From: an uncultured virus (IMG/VR IMGVR_UViG_3300012361_000002)
Taxonomy: Duplodnaviria; Heunggongvirae; Uroviricota; Caudoviricetes
Direction: 5' to 3' (one strand)
Length of the DNA: 35,237 nt
Virus record (IMG/VR): IMGVR_UViG_3300012361_000002
The notes under the pieces: model-generated
Seen by the model: the letters and a program-made list of their open reading frames with translations, nothing else
The model's database searches: none
What the model was told of the DNA's origin: nothing
Shown here: positions 34,459-35,237 of the stretch, in pieces
Layout of the letters: each line of letters starts with the position of its first letter
Position numbering within the stretch: the first letter of the stretch is position 1
Position numbers and translations under genes: made by a program

Positions 34459-34691
34459 GCCGGTATCCCTAGGATACGAGGCTCGTAGGGTGACATAGGG
34501 GGCATCAGGATGGCAACGGGCAGGATGGCTAGGGCAATGCCGGCCAAGACCATGTCGGCTCTCAGGAACGTCCCCACGGGCGTGGCAGGGGTATATACGA
34601 CGGCGGCGGTGAGCAGCAGGCACCCCACCGAAAAGGAGACCACTGACACCGCCGCCGCGCTCACCCGCACACCGCCAGGCACGGGGATCAC
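34353..34691 (-). CDS. Possible two-TM membrane protein
   Basis: GTGA overlap with the tail tube stop; two hydrophobic stretches. Confidence 0.4.
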   Translation of the reverse strand: MIPVPGGVRVSAAAVSVVSFSVGCLLLTAAVVYTPATPVGTFLRADMVLAGIALAILPVAILMPPMSPYEPRILGIPAWLVRRASKAAKQVVEEPRGGTVVAARPSTPLTMC

Positions 34692-35236
34692 GAGATCTCG
34701 GGGAATGTCATGCTGTAGACATTGCCGGCAGCGTTCGCGAATAGCGAAAAGTCAAACTCGGGGATCATGAAGTCCTCAAGTTTGAACTGCAGCATGTGCT
34801 TCGCAGCAACACACGAGAAGATGCGCACCACGAACGGCTTGGACGCCGGCTGGTTGAAGTTCGTGTAGTAGTCGAGCTGGAACGTCGGCGTCGAGCCGAT
34901 GAGCTGGTTCGTGACCAGGATGTTGCCGCCAACGGACGTTGTATTCGTGTAGGTGATCTTGACGAACGTGCCGCCAGCGGCACCGGCCGTCGTGTCGCCT
35001 GCCGCGAAGTTGTAGAGGCCAGGAGAGGTCGAGCCGACGCTGTACTTGCCCGTCGCCTCGTTGCCCGTCGACACCCGCTGGAACGGCAACCCGGTGTTGA
35101 CGTAGGTGATGCCGAGGTCCGCGTCGAAGGTGAGGGACGACCCGACCTGGACCGCGGCCGTCGACGCCGTGGACAGCGTGAACGTCGACCCGATGTTCCA
35201 TGCGATCTGGTTGGTCGTCGATTCGGCGTTGCCGTA
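34688..35236 (-). CDS. Major tail tube protein, 3' part
   Basis: Frame open to the window edge; G.TPTFQL, KLEDFMIPEFDFS.FA..AGNV; upstream of the chaperones and TMP. Confidence 0.8.
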   Translation of the reverse strand, partial: YGNAESTTNQIAWNIGSTFTLSTASTAAVQVGSSLTFDADLGITYVNTGLPFQRVSTGNEATGKYSVGSTSPGLYNFAAGDTTAGAAGGTFVKITYTNTTSVGGNILVTNQLIGSTPTFQLDYYTNFNQPASKPFVVRIFSCVAAKHMLQFKLEDFMIPEFDFSLFANAAGNVYSMTFPEIS

Positions 35237-35237
35237 G

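Noticed and set aside
1..35237. CRISPR array, rRNA, IS transposase, integrase or repressor
   Set aside because: No spaced direct repeats or matching motifs seen; lifestyle cannot be decided from this window.

Overview
Fragment of a GC-rich tailed (siphovirus-like) phage or prophage. The host is most likely an Alphaproteobacterium (Hyphomicrobiales-like), inferred from the Omp25/RopB-like beta-barrel, the GapR-like segment and the GTA-type DUF2460/DUF2163/NlpC tail tip. There are three blocks. (1) A leftward operon (1-3084): ProQ/FinO RNA chaperone, RadD-like SF2 helicase and a radical SAM enzyme cut by the window edge. (2) A ~1 kb hairpin-dense, mostly non-coding control region (3085-4045), then a rightward early/middle operon (4046-17072): RuvC-like resolvase, SNF2-like helicase, HNH nuclease, DNA methyltransferase, RecE-like and RecT-like proteins, DEDDh exonuclease and many small ORFs. 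(3) A leftward late operon (17069-35237): tail tube, frameshifted tail chaperones, tape measure, tail tip, three fibres, endolysin, an outer-membrane protein moron and holin-like genes. The best candidate for an undescribed system is RNA-based. The phage ProQ/FinO gene has its RBS locked in a hairpin that can be opened by a loop-loop pairing, opposed by a cis-antisense sRNA. Next to it lie a ~140-nt kissing-loop ncRNA and a degenerate tRNA-Leu-like RNA, and further structured or tRNA-like RNAs sit in frame inside two protein genes. All protein calls come from motif recognition by eye and all RNA folds from manual pairing; no database search or folding program was run.
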